The translations under genes and the position numbers were made by a program. A DNA stretch of 64,000 nucleotides from Candidatus Eiseniibacteriota bacterium (GTDB lineage: Bacteria > Eisenbacteria > RBG-16-71-46): assembly GCA_963717505.1 (NCBI GenBank), contig OY970342.1, forward strand, positions 2,400,001 through 2,464,000. The letters are read 5' to 3'. How positions within the stretch are numbered: position 1 is the stretch's first letter; each line of letters starts with the position of its first letter. Under the pieces are notes generated by a model, which saw only the letters and a program-made list of their open reading frames with translations, did no database searches and was not told where the DNA came from. Below, piece by piece: positions 1-11,061 of this stretch.

Positions 1-3000
1 GAGATCGACCCGCGCCGGTTCAAGTACATCAACGGCGTCGAGAGCAACAAGACCCTGTTCCCGTTCCCCGACACCGAGGACCTGAACCTGAACGATCGTC
101 CCGACTCGACCGAGAACTACTTCGAGTACACGATCGAGCTGGGCGACTCGGCATCGCGCTACCTGATCACCGACGTCCAGCGCGAGTTCGGCAGCTGCGT
201 CCAGTGTCCCTACCCGCCGACGCCGGACAACGGCTGGCGGCGGTACCGCATCCCGATCGCCGACTCGGCCCGGGTCGCGTTCGGCAATCCCGACCTGGCC
301 CTGACCCGTCACGTCCGGGTCTGGGTCGAGGGCATTCGCACGGTCGACGACACGGTGGCAACCTCGCTGATCGTCAAACCGCTGATGATGCTCGGCGGCC
401 TCGAAATCGTCGGCAGCCGCTGGCGCACCGTCGAACTCTCCGACAGCCTCCGCGACCTGGGTTCGACGCTGACGCTCAACGCCGTCAACTCGATCGACAA
501 CGCCGACATCTACATCCCGCCGTTCGATCCCGGCGAGACCCGCAGCGGCAACCAGGCGATCACCCGGCGCGAGCAATCCATGGCGCTGGAGTTCGAGAAG
601 CTACTGCCCGGCCAGACCCTCGAGGCGTTCAAGTCGTTCTCGATCGACGAGGACTACACCCGCTACGGGCGCCTGGCCTGGTTCGCGGCTTCCTTCGCGA
701 TCGATGGCTACGACCCGCTGCTGGACGCGGGTCTGGACTACTTCGTGCGTTTCGCCTCCGACGACATCGGCAACAGCTACTACGAATACCGGGCCCGGCT
801 GCCGCGGTCTTCGGACCCGCGCGACATCAACTGGGACGAGGTGAATCTGGCGCTGACCATGATGTCGAATCTCAAGCTGACCGTGCCGGCCGGATCCAGC
901 CGCGACACCATCACCGGGCCCGGTCCGCGTCCGGGCGATATCCTCAGCGTGGTCGGGCGGCCGTCGTTCACCCGCATCCGCCGCATCTCGTTCGGGTTGA
1001 TCAACCAGACCTCGCGGGAGGTCGCGAGCGGGTCGCTGTGGTTCAACGAGCTGCGCGCCCTCGACGTCGACAAGTCGGCCGGATACGCCGAGCGCGTCCT
1101 GGTCAACGGCCGATTGTCGAACCTGCTCCAGTACACCGCCAGCTTCGACGGCCGCGACGAGAACTTCGTCAGCGTCGGCGAAGCCCGCGGGCGCGGCAGC
1201 GCCACCGGGCGCTTCGCGGCCAACGGCACCCTCGACGCCCACCGCTTCTTCGAGGGCACCGGGATCATCCTGCCGGTCAGCTATGCCTACAATAGCAACG
1301 GCGACAAGCCGCGCTTCACGGTCGGCGACGACGTCTTCCGCAGCGGCGCGTTCGCTGCCGCGAGCGAATCGCGGTCGGTCCAGCAGTCGTGGTCGACCAG
1401 TTATTCGCGGAACTGGAGCGAGCGGTCGAATCCTTTGCTCCGCTACACCCTGGGTGGCATCACCGGCGCGATGAGCCGGAGCTGGCAGAACAGCCAGTCG
1501 CCCAGCCAGGTCGACACCTCGTCGCAATTCTCCGCCAATCTCGCCTATCGCCAGACCTTCCGGAAGCTGGCCCAGATCCCCCTGCCCTTCACCAAGGGCA
1601 AGTTGTTCCCGATGCCGTCGAACGTGTCCATGACCTACAACACGGTGGAGTCGAAGTCGCATTCCTACGATCGGCAGCGCGACTCGACCGGCAGCCTGAT
1701 TCCGCGCAGCTTCTCCTCCGGCCGCGCCACGTCGCTGCTCATGGCCATGGACGTCCAGCCGGTCGATCCGATCACGTACCACATCGATGCGATCCGCAAC
1801 CTGTCGCTGCCGGTCGAGTTGAGCGAATCGGTCGGGAACGTGAACATCGGCCGGGTGGTGGCGGTCCGCCAGGCCACGACCTGGGGCTGGCAGCTGAACC
1901 GGGGCACCTGGATCAGGCCCCGGCTGGGGTGGAACACCGGATACCAGCAGAACAACGGCCCGGCGTTGTCGAGTGATCTGAGTGTTCGCGAGGTGAGCAA
2001 CAACCAGAACTATACGGCGCAGTGGACCCTGCCGTTCGAGGGTCTGTATCGCAGCGTGACCGCGAATCCGCGCGACACCTCGCGGACCCGGGCCCGCGTG
2101 CCGCCGATTCGCTTCCTGCTTTCGCGCCTCGGCTCGATCAACCTCGATGGCTCGATCGTGCGCATGTCGAGCCACTCGCGCATCAACGGCACTCCGGACG
2201 CCGCCTACCTGTTCGGGTTCACGCAAGACCCCGGATTCGGCGAGCGGACCCGAGCGGTGTATGGCAACCAGTCGTCGCAGTCGGAGGGCTGGGATGCTCG
2301 CGGCAATACCCGGCTCCAGTTGTTGTTCGGCTCCTCGGTGACCACCACGGCTGACTTCCGCTCGCGCCGCTCCACCAGCAGCCAGGTGACCAACCGGCAG
2401 GACGATTCGCGCTTCCCCGATTTCACGATCGACTACGGACGTCTGGCGACCGCCCTGAGGATCGATCGCGTTCTCAAGACCCCGCAACTGCGAACCGCCT
2501 ACAACCGCAGCTCCTCGACCGCCTACCTGAACAGTGCGTTGACCCCGAGCACGATCCGCACCAGCAGCCAGTGGCAGCCGTTGCTCAATCTGCGGGGCGA
2601 CCTCAAGGACGGCACCAAGGTTGACCTGGGGATCGAGCGCCGAAACACGCAGACCGAGTCGTTCCAGGTCGGGCACTCGATCACCAACGAGCGCTTCACC
2701 AACGTGAACCTGAGCCTGAACAAGTCGTATTCGCGAGGCCAGCAGGTCTCGGTGCTTGGCAAGACCAGCACCGTGAAGAGCTCGGTGGCGCTCGGTTTCA
2801 CCGGGAGCTACGAGAAGCGCAGCGGCGAAACCGTGATCAAAGCGTCCCCGCAGGCGGGCGGTGGCGTCCGGAACCCGAACGACAACGATCGCCTGAGCCT
2901 GAACCTGAACGGCCAGTACGGTTTCAGCAACAACATCACCGGCAACCTGGTCCTCGGCTTCTCTCAGGACCGCGACCTGCAACGGGAGATCATCCGCCGG

Positions 3001-3039
3001 CAGATTCGCATCGAAGCGCGCGGGTCGTTTACCTTCTAG
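1..3039 (+). CDS. sprA: Cell surface protein SprA-like / T9SS outer-membrane translocon (5'-truncated by window)
   Basis: Frame 1 is open from base 1. PDTEDLNLN..ENYFEYTI, GWRRYRIP, GNPDL..RHVRVW and WFNELR resemble SprA motifs. Long amphipathic beta-strand region ending in SFTF. Confidence 0.8.
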   Translation, partial: EIDPRRFKYINGVESNKTLFPFPDTEDLNLNDRPDSTENYFEYTIELGDSASRYLITDVQREFGSCVQCPYPPTPDNGWRRYRIPIADSARVAFGNPDLALTRHVRVWVEGIRTVDDTVATSLIVKPLMMLGGLEIVGSRWRTVELSDSLRDLGSTLTLNAVNSIDNADIYIPPFDPGETRSGNQAITRREQSMALEFEKLLPGQTLEAFKSFSIDEDYTRYGRLAWFAASFAIDGYDPLLDAGLDYFVRFASDDIGNSYYEYRARLPRSSDPRDINWDEVNLALTMMSNLKLTVPAGSSRDTITGPGPRPGDILSVVGRPSFTRIRRISFGLINQTSREVASGSLWFNELRALDVDKSAGYAERVLVNGRLSNLLQYTASFDGRDENFVSVGEARGRGSATGRFAANGTLDAHRFFEGTGIILPVSYAYNSNGDKPRFTVGDDVFRSGAFAAASESRSVQQSWSTSYSRNWSERSNPLLRYTLGGITGAMSRSWQNSQSPSQVDTSSQFSANLAYRQTFRKLAQIPLPFTKGKLFPMPSNVSMTYNTVESKSHSYDRQRDSTGSLIPRSFSSGRATSLLMAMDVQPVDPITYHIDAIRNLSLPVELSESVGNVNIGRVVAVRQATTWGWQLNRGTWIRPRLGWNTGYQQNNGPALSSDLSVREVSNNQNYTAQWTLPFEGLYRSVTANPRDTSRTRARVPPIRFLLSRLGSINLDGSIVRMSSHSRINGTPDAAYLFGFTQDPGFGERTRAVYGNQSSQSEGWDARGNTRLQLLFGSSVTTTADFRSRRSTSSQVTNRQDDSRFPDFTIDYGRLATALRIDRVLKTPQLRTAYNRSSSTAYLNSALTPSTIRTSSQWQPLLNLRGDLKDGTKVDLGIERRNTQTESFQVGHSITNERFTNVNLSLNKSYSRGQQVSVLGKTSTVKSSVALGFTGSYEKRSGETVIKASPQAGGGVRNPNDNDRLSLNLNGQYGFSNNITGNLVLGFSQDRDLQREIIRRQIRIEARGSFTF

Positions 3040-3042
3040 CGC

Positions 3043-3975
3043 GTGACCACTCGCGGCGGCTCCCAGGTGCGACGCAGGGCAGGCGTCGTGGTTCCGGTCG
3101 TGGCCGGACTGGTGATGTGCGCCGTGCGTTGCGCGGCCCCGCTCGAAGTCGACGGCGAGCGCGCGCTCGAGCGGGTCCGCCACCAAGTTGCGGCCGGGCC
3201 GCGGATTCCGGGAAGTCCTGCACACGCGGCGATCGCGGATTGGATCGCGGCGGAAGTCGGCCGCCTGGGCGGTGCGGTCGAGCGCCAGACCTTCACCGAC
3301 AGCACCTTGGGCCGGCCCCTCGAGCTGACCAACCTCATCGGTCGCTTCGGTCCGAGCGACCCGGGTCGCCTGATCCTGGTGGCGCACTGGGACACGCGCG
3401 CGCGGGCCGATCGCGATCCCGATTCCACGCGGCGCTCCGATCCGGTGCCGGGCGCCAATGACGGCGCCTCCGGGGTCGCGATCCTGTTGGAAGTCGCCGA
3501 GCTGATGCACCGCCGCCCTCCGCGGGTCGGGGTCGATCTCGTGTTCGTCGACGGCGAGGATCAAGGCGAGAGCAGCCGCATGGAGGAATTCTGCCTCGGG
3601 TCGGGGCACTACGCGGCTTCGTTGCCGCGCGGCTATGCCAAAGCGGCGTTCGTGTTCGACATGGTCGGCGACAAAGACCTCGCGATTCATCCCGAAGTCA
3701 GCTCGTCGCGCCGGGCCGCGAACCTGGTGCAGATCGTGCTCGAAGCCGCGCGCGCGACCGGTGCGGTGCACTTCCACGAGGCGCCGCGCTTTCGTGTCCA
3801 CGACGACCACGTTCCATTGCTCGATGCCGGGATTCCCGCGGTCGACATCATCGACTTCGACTACCCGGCGTGGCACACGACCCGCGACACGCCGGATCAG
3901 GTGTCGGCGGCGAGCCTGGCCGAAGTGGCCCGGGTGGCGGCGTGGCTGGTCTACCGGAGCCCCCTGTCGCGCTAG
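3043..3975 (+). CDS. M28-family peptidase / glutaminyl cyclase-like, exported
   Basis: AHWDTR, GANDGASGV, DGED, FDMVG, DDH and WHT motifs. N-terminal hydrophobic signal. Confidence 0.85.
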   Translation: MTTRGGSQVRRRAGVVVPVVAGLVMCAVRCAAPLEVDGERALERVRHQVAAGPRIPGSPAHAAIADWIAAEVGRLGGAVERQTFTDSTLGRPLELTNLIGRFGPSDPGRLILVAHWDTRARADRDPDSTRRSDPVPGANDGASGVAILLEVAELMHRRPPRVGVDLVFVDGEDQGESSRMEEFCLGSGHYAASLPRGYAKAAFVFDMVGDKDLAIHPEVSSSRRAANLVQIVLEAARATGAVHFHEAPRFRVHDDHVPLLDAGIPAVDIIDFDYPAWHTTRDTPDQVSAASLAEVARVAAWLVYRSPLSR

Positions 3976-4114
3976 AGGCCGCCCCGGCCGCGCGTTCCGC
4001 GATCGGCGGAGCTTCAGCCCCGCGCTTGACAGGCCCTTGTCACTGTGGTTGGCGCCGGCACCGGGGCGAGCCCGCTTGCCACATCGGGCTCGACTGAGAT
4101 AAGTTTCCGCCCCT

Positions 4115-4148
4115 GGAGTGGGGCAGGTGCAACCACTCCGTTTTGTTT
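4115..4148 (+). terminator. rimP-leader attenuator-type hairpin
   Basis: GGAGTGG-N11-CCACTCC followed by GTTTTGTTT immediately upstream of rimP. Confidence 0.65.
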
Positions 4149-4165
4149 CGAGTTCCGGAGCGGAA

Positions 4166-4663
4166 TTGAAAGTCCTGGAAGAGGTTCGGCGGCTCGCCGA
4201 GCCGCTTGCCGAAGAGTCCGGCTACGAGCTGGTCGACGTCGAGCATGCGGTTCTCGGTAGCCGGATGGTCGTGCGTGTCCTGCTGGACAAGCCGGGCGGC
4301 ATCACCGTCGGCGACTGCGCGCGATTCAGCCGGCGTCTTTCGGATTGTATGGACATGAACCAGATCGTACCCGGGCAGTATCAGCTGGAAGTCAGCTCTC
4401 CCGGGATCGAGCGCCGGTTGAACACGCTGGATTCGGTGGCGAGGTTCTCCGGTCGCAAGGCGACCGTCACGACCCTGGAGCCGCGGGACGGGCGACGCAA
4501 CTGGGAGGGCATCCTGATCGGACCGGAGGGTGGCCAGGTCGGACTCCGGACCGACGACGGAAACGAGCACTGGTTCGGATGGGCCGAGGTCAAACAGGCG
4601 CGGCTCGTCATGACGGACCCGTGGAAGCGGGGCAGTGGCCCCGATCGAGGAGGATCGAAGTGA
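4166..4663 (+). CDS. rimP: Ribosome maturation factor RimP
   Basis: GYELVDVE, DKPGGITVGDC and YQLEVSSPGIER motifs. A TTG start at 4166 downstream of the leader hairpin is preferred over 4118. Confidence 0.93.
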   Translation: MKVLEEVRRLAEPLAEESGYELVDVEHAVLGSRMVVRVLLDKPGGITVGDCARFSRRLSDCMDMNQIVPGQYQLEVSSPGIERRLNTLDSVARFSGRKATVTTLEPRDGRRNWEGILIGPEGGQVGLRTDDGNEHWFGWAEVKQARLVMTDPWKRGSGPDRGGSK

Positions 4664-6144
4664 ACCACGACATTCTTGACGCGTTGAGCCAGATCACGCG
4701 CGAAAAGAGCGTGGATCGCGCGATGCTCATCGAAACCCTCGAAGTCGGGCTGGCGAGTGCGGTCCGCCGCAAGTACGGCATGACCGCCGACGTCCAGGTC
4801 GCGTTCGCCAACGACACCGGCTCGATCTCGATCGTGCTGCGCAAGACCGTGGCCGAGACCATCGAAGATCCGGCCCTGCAGATGACGGTCGAGGAGGCGC
4901 GCGCCCATCGGCGCGACGCGAAGGTCGGCGACGTCCTGTCGTTCCCGCTGCCGATTGCCGAGTTCGGTCGCAACGCGATCCAGACCGCGAAGCAGGTGCT
5001 GATCCAGCGCGTGCGCGAGGCCGAGCGCGAGCGCGTGTTCCGCGAATACGCCGACAAGATCGGCACGCTGGTGCGTGGCGTGGTCCAGCAGGTGGATCGC
5101 GGCAACGTGATCGTCAAACTCGACCATAGTGAAGGGCTGCTGCCGGCGCGCGAGCAGATCCCGCGCTCCTATCACCGCCAGGGCGACTACGTGCGCGCGG
5201 TGGTGATCAACGTCGACAAGCTGGCCAAGGGCCCGCAGGTGATCCTGTCGCGGACGCACCCGGACTTCCTGCGCCGCCTGTTCGAGAGCGAAGTGCCGGA
5301 GATCGCCGACAGCATCGTCGAGATCAAGGCGGTCGCGCGCGAAGCCGGGGCCCGGTCCAAGATCTCGGTGTTCTCCAACGATCCGCGGGTCGACGCGGTC
5401 GGCTCGTGCGTCGGGCTCAAGGGCTCGCGGGTGCAGAGCATCGTGCGCGAGCTGGGCGGCGAGCGCATCGACATCGTGCCGTGGTCCCACGAGCCGAACG
5501 TGTTCGTGTCGCGCGCCCTGGCGCCGGCGCGGGTGCTCGACGTGCGGGTGCACGAGGCCGACAAGGCCATGCAGGTGATCGTCGCCGACGACCAGCTGTC
5601 ACTGGCGATCGGCAAGGGCGGGCAGAACGCCCGGCTGGCGGCCAAGCTCACCGGCTGGAAGATCGACCTGGTGTCGAAGACCGAGGAGAAGAAGCGCCAC
5701 GAGCTGGAGCGCGCCAGCCGCATCGAAGTCGAGAAGCTCGAGTTGGGCGAAGCCACCACCGAAAAGCTGATTTCGGCGGGGATCGAAACCGTGCAGGAGC
5801 TGATCGCGGTCCCGCTCGAGAAGCTGGTGGACATTCCGGGCATCGGCGAGAAGACCGCGGAGAAGATCCTGGCCGTGGCGCAGGAGTACATCGTGGCGCA
5901 CCCGCCGGTCGCGGCCGTGGAAACGGCGGCGGCTAACGGCGGGGGTGGCGCCGATGCAGCGGCGATCGACGCCGATGCGATGTTGGACGAGTCGGTTGCG
6001 ACCGACGAGTCCGAGGGAACCGACCTCTTGCAGGCGGCCGAAGGGCCCGCGGCTTCCGACCAGCCGGCGGCCTCCGATGCGCCGCCGGCGTCCGACGAGC
6101 CGGCCGAGGCCACCACACCGGACGGGAGCGAGCATCGTGGCTAA
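4660..6144 (+). CDS. nusA: Transcription termination/antitermination factor NusA
   Basis: FGRNAIQTAKQV, S1 and KH domains, SLAIGKGGQNARLAAKLTGWKID, HhH domain and acidic tail. GTG start overlaps the rimP stop. Confidence 0.97.
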   Translation: MNHDILDALSQITREKSVDRAMLIETLEVGLASAVRRKYGMTADVQVAFANDTGSISIVLRKTVAETIEDPALQMTVEEARAHRRDAKVGDVLSFPLPIAEFGRNAIQTAKQVLIQRVREAERERVFREYADKIGTLVRGVVQQVDRGNVIVKLDHSEGLLPAREQIPRSYHRQGDYVRAVVINVDKLAKGPQVILSRTHPDFLRRLFESEVPEIADSIVEIKAVAREAGARSKISVFSNDPRVDAVGSCVGLKGSRVQSIVRELGGERIDIVPWSHEPNVFVSRALAPARVLDVRVHEADKAMQVIVADDQLSLAIGKGGQNARLAAKLTGWKIDLVSKTEEKKRHELERASRIEVEKLELGEATTEKLISAGIETVQELIAVPLEKLVDIPGIGEKTAEKILAVAQEYIVAHPPVAAVETAAANGGGGADAAAIDADAMLDESVATDESEGTDLLQAAEGPAASDQPAASDAPPASDEPAEATTPDGSEHRG

Positions 6145-8440
6145 AGCCGCCGCCAAGAAGGTTCGGATCTACGAGGTCGCCAAGGACCTCGGCATGTCGA
6201 GCGAAGCCGTGCTCCAGATCGTCAAACGCATGGGCGCCGACGTCAAGAACCACATGAGCACGCTCGAACCGCAGGTGGTCGAGAAGGTCCGCGCCGAGTT
6301 GGCGCAGGAGATGACTGCGGTGCGCGAGGCCGAGCACCGCAAGATCGAGCACGAACAGCAGCGGGCCCGCGAAGAGCGTGCGCGCGTTCAGCAGGCGGCG
6401 CAGAAGTCCGTGCAGTCGGCGGCGGCGCACGCGCCGGCGCATGCGCCCGCCAAGCCTCAGGTCTCGTCCCCGGCGGCGGCCCGCCCGGCGGTGTCGACGC
6501 CGTCGCGCCCCATGTTCCGCGGCCCGGACCGCGGCCCGCGGCGCCGCGACAAGAAGAAGAAGAAGGTCGACCAGAAGCTGGTTGCCGACAGCGTGCGCAA
6601 GACCCTGGCCAGCCTGGACTCGGGCGGCGCCCGCCGGCGCACCCGGCGACGCGACGACGAGAACGGCGAGGTCGCGGTCGAAGAATCGAAAGTTCTGCGC
6701 GCCGCCGAGTTCATCACCGTCGCCGAGCTGGCGAACCTGATGGAGGTGCGGCCGCAGGAAGTGATCGCGACCTGCATGCGGCTCGGTTTGATGGCGACCA
6801 TGAACAAGCGCCTGGACAAGGACTCGTTGATGACCGTCGCCGACGAGTTCGGCTACACGGTCGAGATCGTTTCGGAGTACGGCGAGGAGGAGGTCGGCGC
6901 CGAGGAGGAAGTCGCGACCGAAAGCCTCGAGTCGCGGCCGCCGGTGGTCACGGTCATGGGTCACGTCGACCACGGCAAGACCTCGCTGCTCGACCATATT
7001 CGGAAGACCAACGTCATCGCCGGCGAATCGGGCGGAATCACGCAGCACATCGGCGCTTACGAGGTGACGCTGCCCGCGGGCAAGCGGATCACGTTCCTCG
7101 ACACGCCCGGCCACGAGGCGTTCACGGCGATGCGCGCGCGCGGAGCCCAGGCCACCGACATCGTGGTCCTGGTGGTCGCGGCCGATGATCGCGTGATGCC
7201 GCAGACCATCGAAGCGATCGATCATGCCCGGGCGGCGGACGTGCCGCTCGTGGTCGCAATCAACAAGATCGACCTGCCGGCGGCCCGGCCCGACCTGGTC
7301 AAGCAGGAGCTGGCCCAGCGCGGCGTCGTGGTCGAGGAGTACGGCGGCAAGAACGTCAGCGTCGAAATCTCGGCGAAGAAGGGCACCAACGTCGATCGCC
7401 TGCTCGAGATGATCCTGCTGGTTTCCGACATGCTCGACCTCAAGGCCGATCCCCACCGGCGTGCGCGCGGGGTGGTGCTCGAGGCGCGCGTCGAACAGGG
7501 GCGCGGCATCGTGGTCAGCGTGCTGGTCGAACAGGGCACCCTGCGGATCGGCGATTCGTTCGTCGCCGGACAGCAGCACGGACGCGTGCGGGCCATGTTC
7601 GACGAGCGCGGGCACGCGGTGCGCGAAGCCGGGCCGTCGACGCCGGTCGAGGTCCTGGGCTGGGGCGGAACGCCGGCGGCCGGCGACCAGATCGTCGCCT
7701 TCGAGGACGAGCGCGAAGCGCGCGAGATGGCGACCAAGCGCCAGGCGCTGGCGCGCGAGCACGAGTTCCGTGCCGCGCGGACCATCAAGCTGTCGTCGTT
7801 CCACGAGCGCATGGCGCAGGGCGAGGCCAACGAGCTCAAGATGGTGATCAAGGGCGACGTCGACGGCTCGGTCGAGGCGCTGTCGGAGTCGCTGACCAAG
7901 CTGAGCACCGCCGAAGTCCAGGTGCGCATCATCCGGCAGGCGGTCGGCCAGATCACCGAGTCCGACGTGCTGCTCGCCCAGGCTTCGGGCGCGATCATCG
8001 TCGGCTTCCACGTACGGCCCGACGTCCGTGCGCGCGAGTTGGCCGAGCGCGAGGGCATCGAGATTCGCCTCTACGACATCATCTACAAGGCGGTCGAGGA
8101 GGTGAAGCAGGCGCTCGAGGGTCTGCTCAAACCCGAGCTCAAGGAGGTCGTGATTGGCACCGCCGAGGTCCGTCAGACCTTCAAGATCTCGAAGACCGGC
8201 ATGATCGCCGGCTGCATGGTGACTTCGGGTTCGATCCCGCGCACCGCGAAGGTGCGTCTGAACCGTGGCGGCGAAACCGTGTGGACCGGCCGGATCGAGA
8301 CGCTCAAGCGCTTCAAGGACGACGTCCGTGAGGTCCAGAACGGCTTCGAGTGCGGCATCAGTCTCGACGGCATGAGGGACATCCAGGTCGGGGACACGAT
8401 CGAGGCCTTCACGATCGAGGAGCTGGCGCGGACGCTGTAG
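6137..8440 (+). CDS. infB: Translation initiation factor IF-2
   Basis: [11 protein letters not shown]-domain; [22 protein letters not shown] and NKID motifs. Confidence 0.98.
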   Translation: MAKAAAKKVRIYEVAKDLGMSSEAVLQIVKRMGADVKNHMSTLEPQVVEKVRAELAQEMTAVREAEHRKIEHEQQRAREERARVQQAAQKSVQSAAAHAPAHAPAKPQVSSPAAARPAVSTPSRPMFRGPDRGPRRRDKKKKKVDQKLVADSVRKTLASLDSGGARRRTRRRDDENGEVAVEESKVLRAAEFITVAELANLMEVRPQEVIATCMRLGLMATMNKRLDKDSLMTVADEFGYTVEIVSEYGEEEVGAEEEVATESLESRPPVVTVMGHVDHGKTSLLDHIRKTNVIAGESGGITQHIGAYEVTLPAGKRITFLDTPGHEAFTAMRARGAQATDIVVLVVAADDRVMPQTIEAIDHARAADVPLVVAINKIDLPAARPDLVKQELAQRGVVVEEYGGKNVSVEISAKKGTNVDRLLEMILLVSDMLDLKADPHRRARGVVLEARVEQGRGIVVSVLVEQGTLRIGDSFVAGQQHGRVRAMFDERGHAVREAGPSTPVEVLGWGGTPAAGDQIVAFEDEREAREMATKRQALAREHEFRAARTIKLSSFHERMAQGEANELKMVIKGDVDGSVEALSESLTKLSTAEVQVRIIRQAVGQITESDVLLAQASGAIIVGFHVRPDVRARELAEREGIEIRLYDIIYKAVEEVKQALEGLLKPELKEVVIGTAEVRQTFKISKTGMIAGCMVTSGSIPRTAKVRLNRGGETVWTGRIETLKRFKDDVREVQNGFECGISLDGMRDIQVGDTIEAFTIEELARTL

Positions 8441-8468
8441 CAGCTCCGGCCGACCGGCGCGCACTTCC

Positions 8469-8750
8469 ATGTTCGTGGGCATCGTCCGCATCGAGCTGCA
8501 CGTGCCCGCGGCCGGGTCGCTCAAGGACAAACGCGCCGTGATCCGATCCCTCAAGGAGCGCATTCGCAACCGGGTTCAGGCCTCGGTCGCCGAGGTGGAC
8601 CACCACGACCTCTGGCAGCGTGCCGCACTCGGGGTGGCGCTGGTTTCCTCCGAGAATCATCACCTGACGGAGTTGCTACAGAGCGTCCGAAACATCGTCG
8701 AGTCGGAGCCGGCGGCTACGGTGCTCGACTGGCAGGAGCAACGACTGTGA
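8469..8750 (+). CDS. DUF503 (YlxP) family protein
   Basis: SLKDKRAVIRSL and SVAEVDHHDLWQRA; canonical position after infB. Confidence 0.9.
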   Translation: MFVGIVRIELHVPAAGSLKDKRAVIRSLKERIRNRVQASVAEVDHHDLWQRAALGVALVSSENHHLTELLQSVRNIVESEPAATVLDWQEQRL

Positions 8751-9118
8751 GAATCCGTCCCGAGCGCGTCGCGCAGCGCATCCAGCGCGAGGCCGCCGAC
8801 ATCCTCGGCAATCGGTTGCGCGATCCCCAGGTCTCGCAATGGGTGAGCGTCACCGACGTCGAAGTGACCCACGACCTCTCGGTCGCCCGCATCTTCGTCA
8901 GCATCCTGCCCGAGGGCGATGAGCGACGCCGCACGCTCCTTGCCCTCGAACGCGCCACGCCGTTCGTGCGGCGCGAGTTGGCCAGCCGTCTGTCGCTGCG
9001 CGAAGTGCCTGAGATCCGCTTCCTGCTCGACACCTCGATCGAGCGCGGGGCGCGGGTCGAGGAGCTGCTCAGGCGGATCGAGAGCGGCACGCCGCCGGAG
9101 GACGAGGAGGAGGCGTGA
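8747..9118 (+). CDS. rbfA: 30S ribosome-binding factor A
   Basis: LRDP..VSVTDVEVTHDLSVARIFVS and LREVPEIRF.D.SIERG. Confidence 0.95.
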   Translation: MRIRPERVAQRIQREAADILGNRLRDPQVSQWVSVTDVEVTHDLSVARIFVSILPEGDERRRTLLALERATPFVRRELASRLSLREVPEIRFLLDTSIERGARVEELLRRIESGTPPEDEEEA

Positions 9119-10155
9119 GCGTGGTCGAACCGTCGGCGCCGCCGCTCGCCGTCGTGCCTTCGGCCGGTCCGCCGCCGCGCTGCGGGGTCCTGGTCGTCGA
9201 CAAGTCGGCGGGCATCACCTCGCACGATGTGGTCGACGTCGTCCGCCGCCGATTCCGCGAGAAAGCCGCCGGCCACCTGGGGACACTCGATCCCGGGGCC
9301 AGCGGGCTGCTGGCGCTCGCGCTCGGTGCCGCGACCCGCTGCGTTCCGGTCTGGCAGGGCGGCGAGAAGACCTACGAAGGCACGGTTCGCCTCGGTGTCG
9401 TCACCTCGACCCAGGACCTGGCCGGCGAGGTCGTCGAGGAACGGCCGGTCGCCGTCACCGAAGCCGAAGTGCGCGAGGCCTCGGTCGCACTCACCGGCGA
9501 TTTGCTCCAGGTGCCGCCGATGGTCTCAGCGATCCGCGTGCGCGGCGAGCGGCTGTACCGGCTCGCGCGCCGCGGCATCACCGTCGATCGCGCGCCGCGC
9601 CCGGTGCATGTCGCGTCGTGGGAATGGACCTGGTTCGCGCTCCCCGAAGCCACGTTCCGGGTCCGCTGCTCGAGCGGCACCTACGTGCGCACGCTCGCGC
9701 ACGATCTCGGCGCGCGCCTCGGCTGCGGCGGAGCGCTCAAGTCCCTGCGTCGCCTGCGCAGCGAGCCGTTCGATTTGTCGCGCGCCACGACGCTGCGCGA
9801 CCTGTATGAGCGGACTCCGGACGAAGTCTGGGCGCTCGCCGGAATTCCCCTCGACCAGGCGCTGAACGTGCTGCCGGGGGTCGTGTTCGGTGCCGCCGAT
9901 GCGGAGGGCCTGGGCTTCGGCCGTGCGATCCCGCTGGATCGCGCTGCCCTCGAGGGCGTGCCGCGGGCCGCCGGACCGCGTTCGGTCGTGTTCCGCGACG
10001 CGCTCGGACACGCGCTGGCGCTCGGGGAGGTCGTCGTCCACGACGCGGGGCACCCTCCGGGGACCGACGCATTCGAGGGTGAAATGATGTTCGCCCGGCC
10101 GCACGTGATCTTCCCCTGGGCGGTGCGTCAGGGACGCGGCGGGGCGGTCGCGTGA
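9115..10155 (+). CDS. truB: tRNA pseudouridine(55) synthase
   Basis: DKSAGITSHDVV, GHLGTLDP, QVPPMVSA and CSSGTYVR. Confidence 0.95.
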   Translation: MSVVEPSAPPLAVVPSAGPPPRCGVLVVDKSAGITSHDVVDVVRRRFREKAAGHLGTLDPGASGLLALALGAATRCVPVWQGGEKTYEGTVRLGVVTSTQDLAGEVVEERPVAVTEAEVREASVALTGDLLQVPPMVSAIRVRGERLYRLARRGITVDRAPRPVHVASWEWTWFALPEATFRVRCSSGTYVRTLAHDLGARLGCGGALKSLRRLRSEPFDLSRATTLRDLYERTPDEVWALAGIPLDQALNVLPGVVFGAADAEGLGFGRAIPLDRAALEGVPRAAGPRSVVFRDALGHALALGEVVVHDAGHPPGTDAFEGEMMFARPHVIFPWAVRQGRGGAVA

Positions 10156-11061
10156 ACGCTGCGGTCGCGGTCGGCGTCTTCGACGGCCTGCACCTCGGGC
10201 ATCAGCGAATCCTCGCCCGCGCGCTCGAGCGCGCCCAGGCCCGCGGCGCCCGGACGGTCGTGGTCAGCTTCGATCCGCACCCGGACGTGGTGCTGTCGAG
10301 CCCGTTTCGCGCCCTGCCACCGCTGACGCCGCACACCGAGCGCCGCGCGCGCCTGGCGGCCCTCGGCATCGATCACTACGAGGTGTTGCCGTTCACGCGC
10401 GAGCTGGCGGCAACCGAGCCCGAGACGTTCGTCGAACGTCACCTGATCGCACCGTTCGGAATGCGCGACCTGGTCGTCGGCCAGTCCTTCGCCCTCGGGC
10501 GCAAGCGCGCCGGCAACGTGCCCAGGCTGCGCGAGATCGGCGCCACCCGCGGATTCGAAGTCGAAGAAGTGCCGCTGCTCGAGATCGGGGGCGCCCCGGT
10601 GAGCAGCACCCGGATTCGCGAGCTGCTGGCCGCCGGGCGGGTCGAGAGCCTGCCCGAGCTGCTCGGTCGTCGCTACAGCCTCGGCGGACGCGTCGTGCGC
10701 GGCGAACAGATCGGCCGAACGCTGGGGGTTCCGACCGCCAACTCTGCAGCTCCACGAAGAGAAGCTGATCCCGGCCGACGGCATCTACGCGGTGTGGGCG
10801 GGAATCGACGGTGAGCCGGTGCGCCGCCCGGCGGCGATGAGCATCGGCGTGCGTCCGACGTTCGGCGGCGAGCGCCGCACGCTCGAGGTCCATCTGCTGG
10901 ACTGGAGCGGAGACCTGGTCGATCGCGAAGTCGAAGTCGAGTTCGCGAGCTGGCTCAGGCCCGAGATCAAGTTCGACGGGGTCGAGGCGCTCAAACGAGC
11001 CATGCAGGACGATCTGGCGCGTACGCGCGAACTGCTCGGGGGTGCTCCACAAAAAGCCTGA
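10152..11061 (+). CDS. ribF: Bifunctional riboflavin kinase/FAD synthetase (one apparent extra base near 10743)
   Basis: GVFDGLHLGH, VSSTRIR and GVPTAN in one frame; LIPADGIYA, GVRPTF, EVHLLD and LRPEIKF continue in the +1 frame. Confidence 0.9.

Noticed and set aside
6046-6105. Imperfect tandem repeat in the nusA tail (PAASD units)
   Set aside because: Coding low-complexity repeat, not a CRISPR array or a mobile repeat.
601-8569. Long antisense ORFs (601-3876, 5933-8569) and similar shadows elsewhere
   Set aside because: They mirror well-supported genes; typical high-GC shadow frames with no recognisable motifs.
10740-10750. Programmed frameshift in ribF (and likewise dapL)
   Set aside because: No slippery site; part of a wider cluster of single-base insertion errors.
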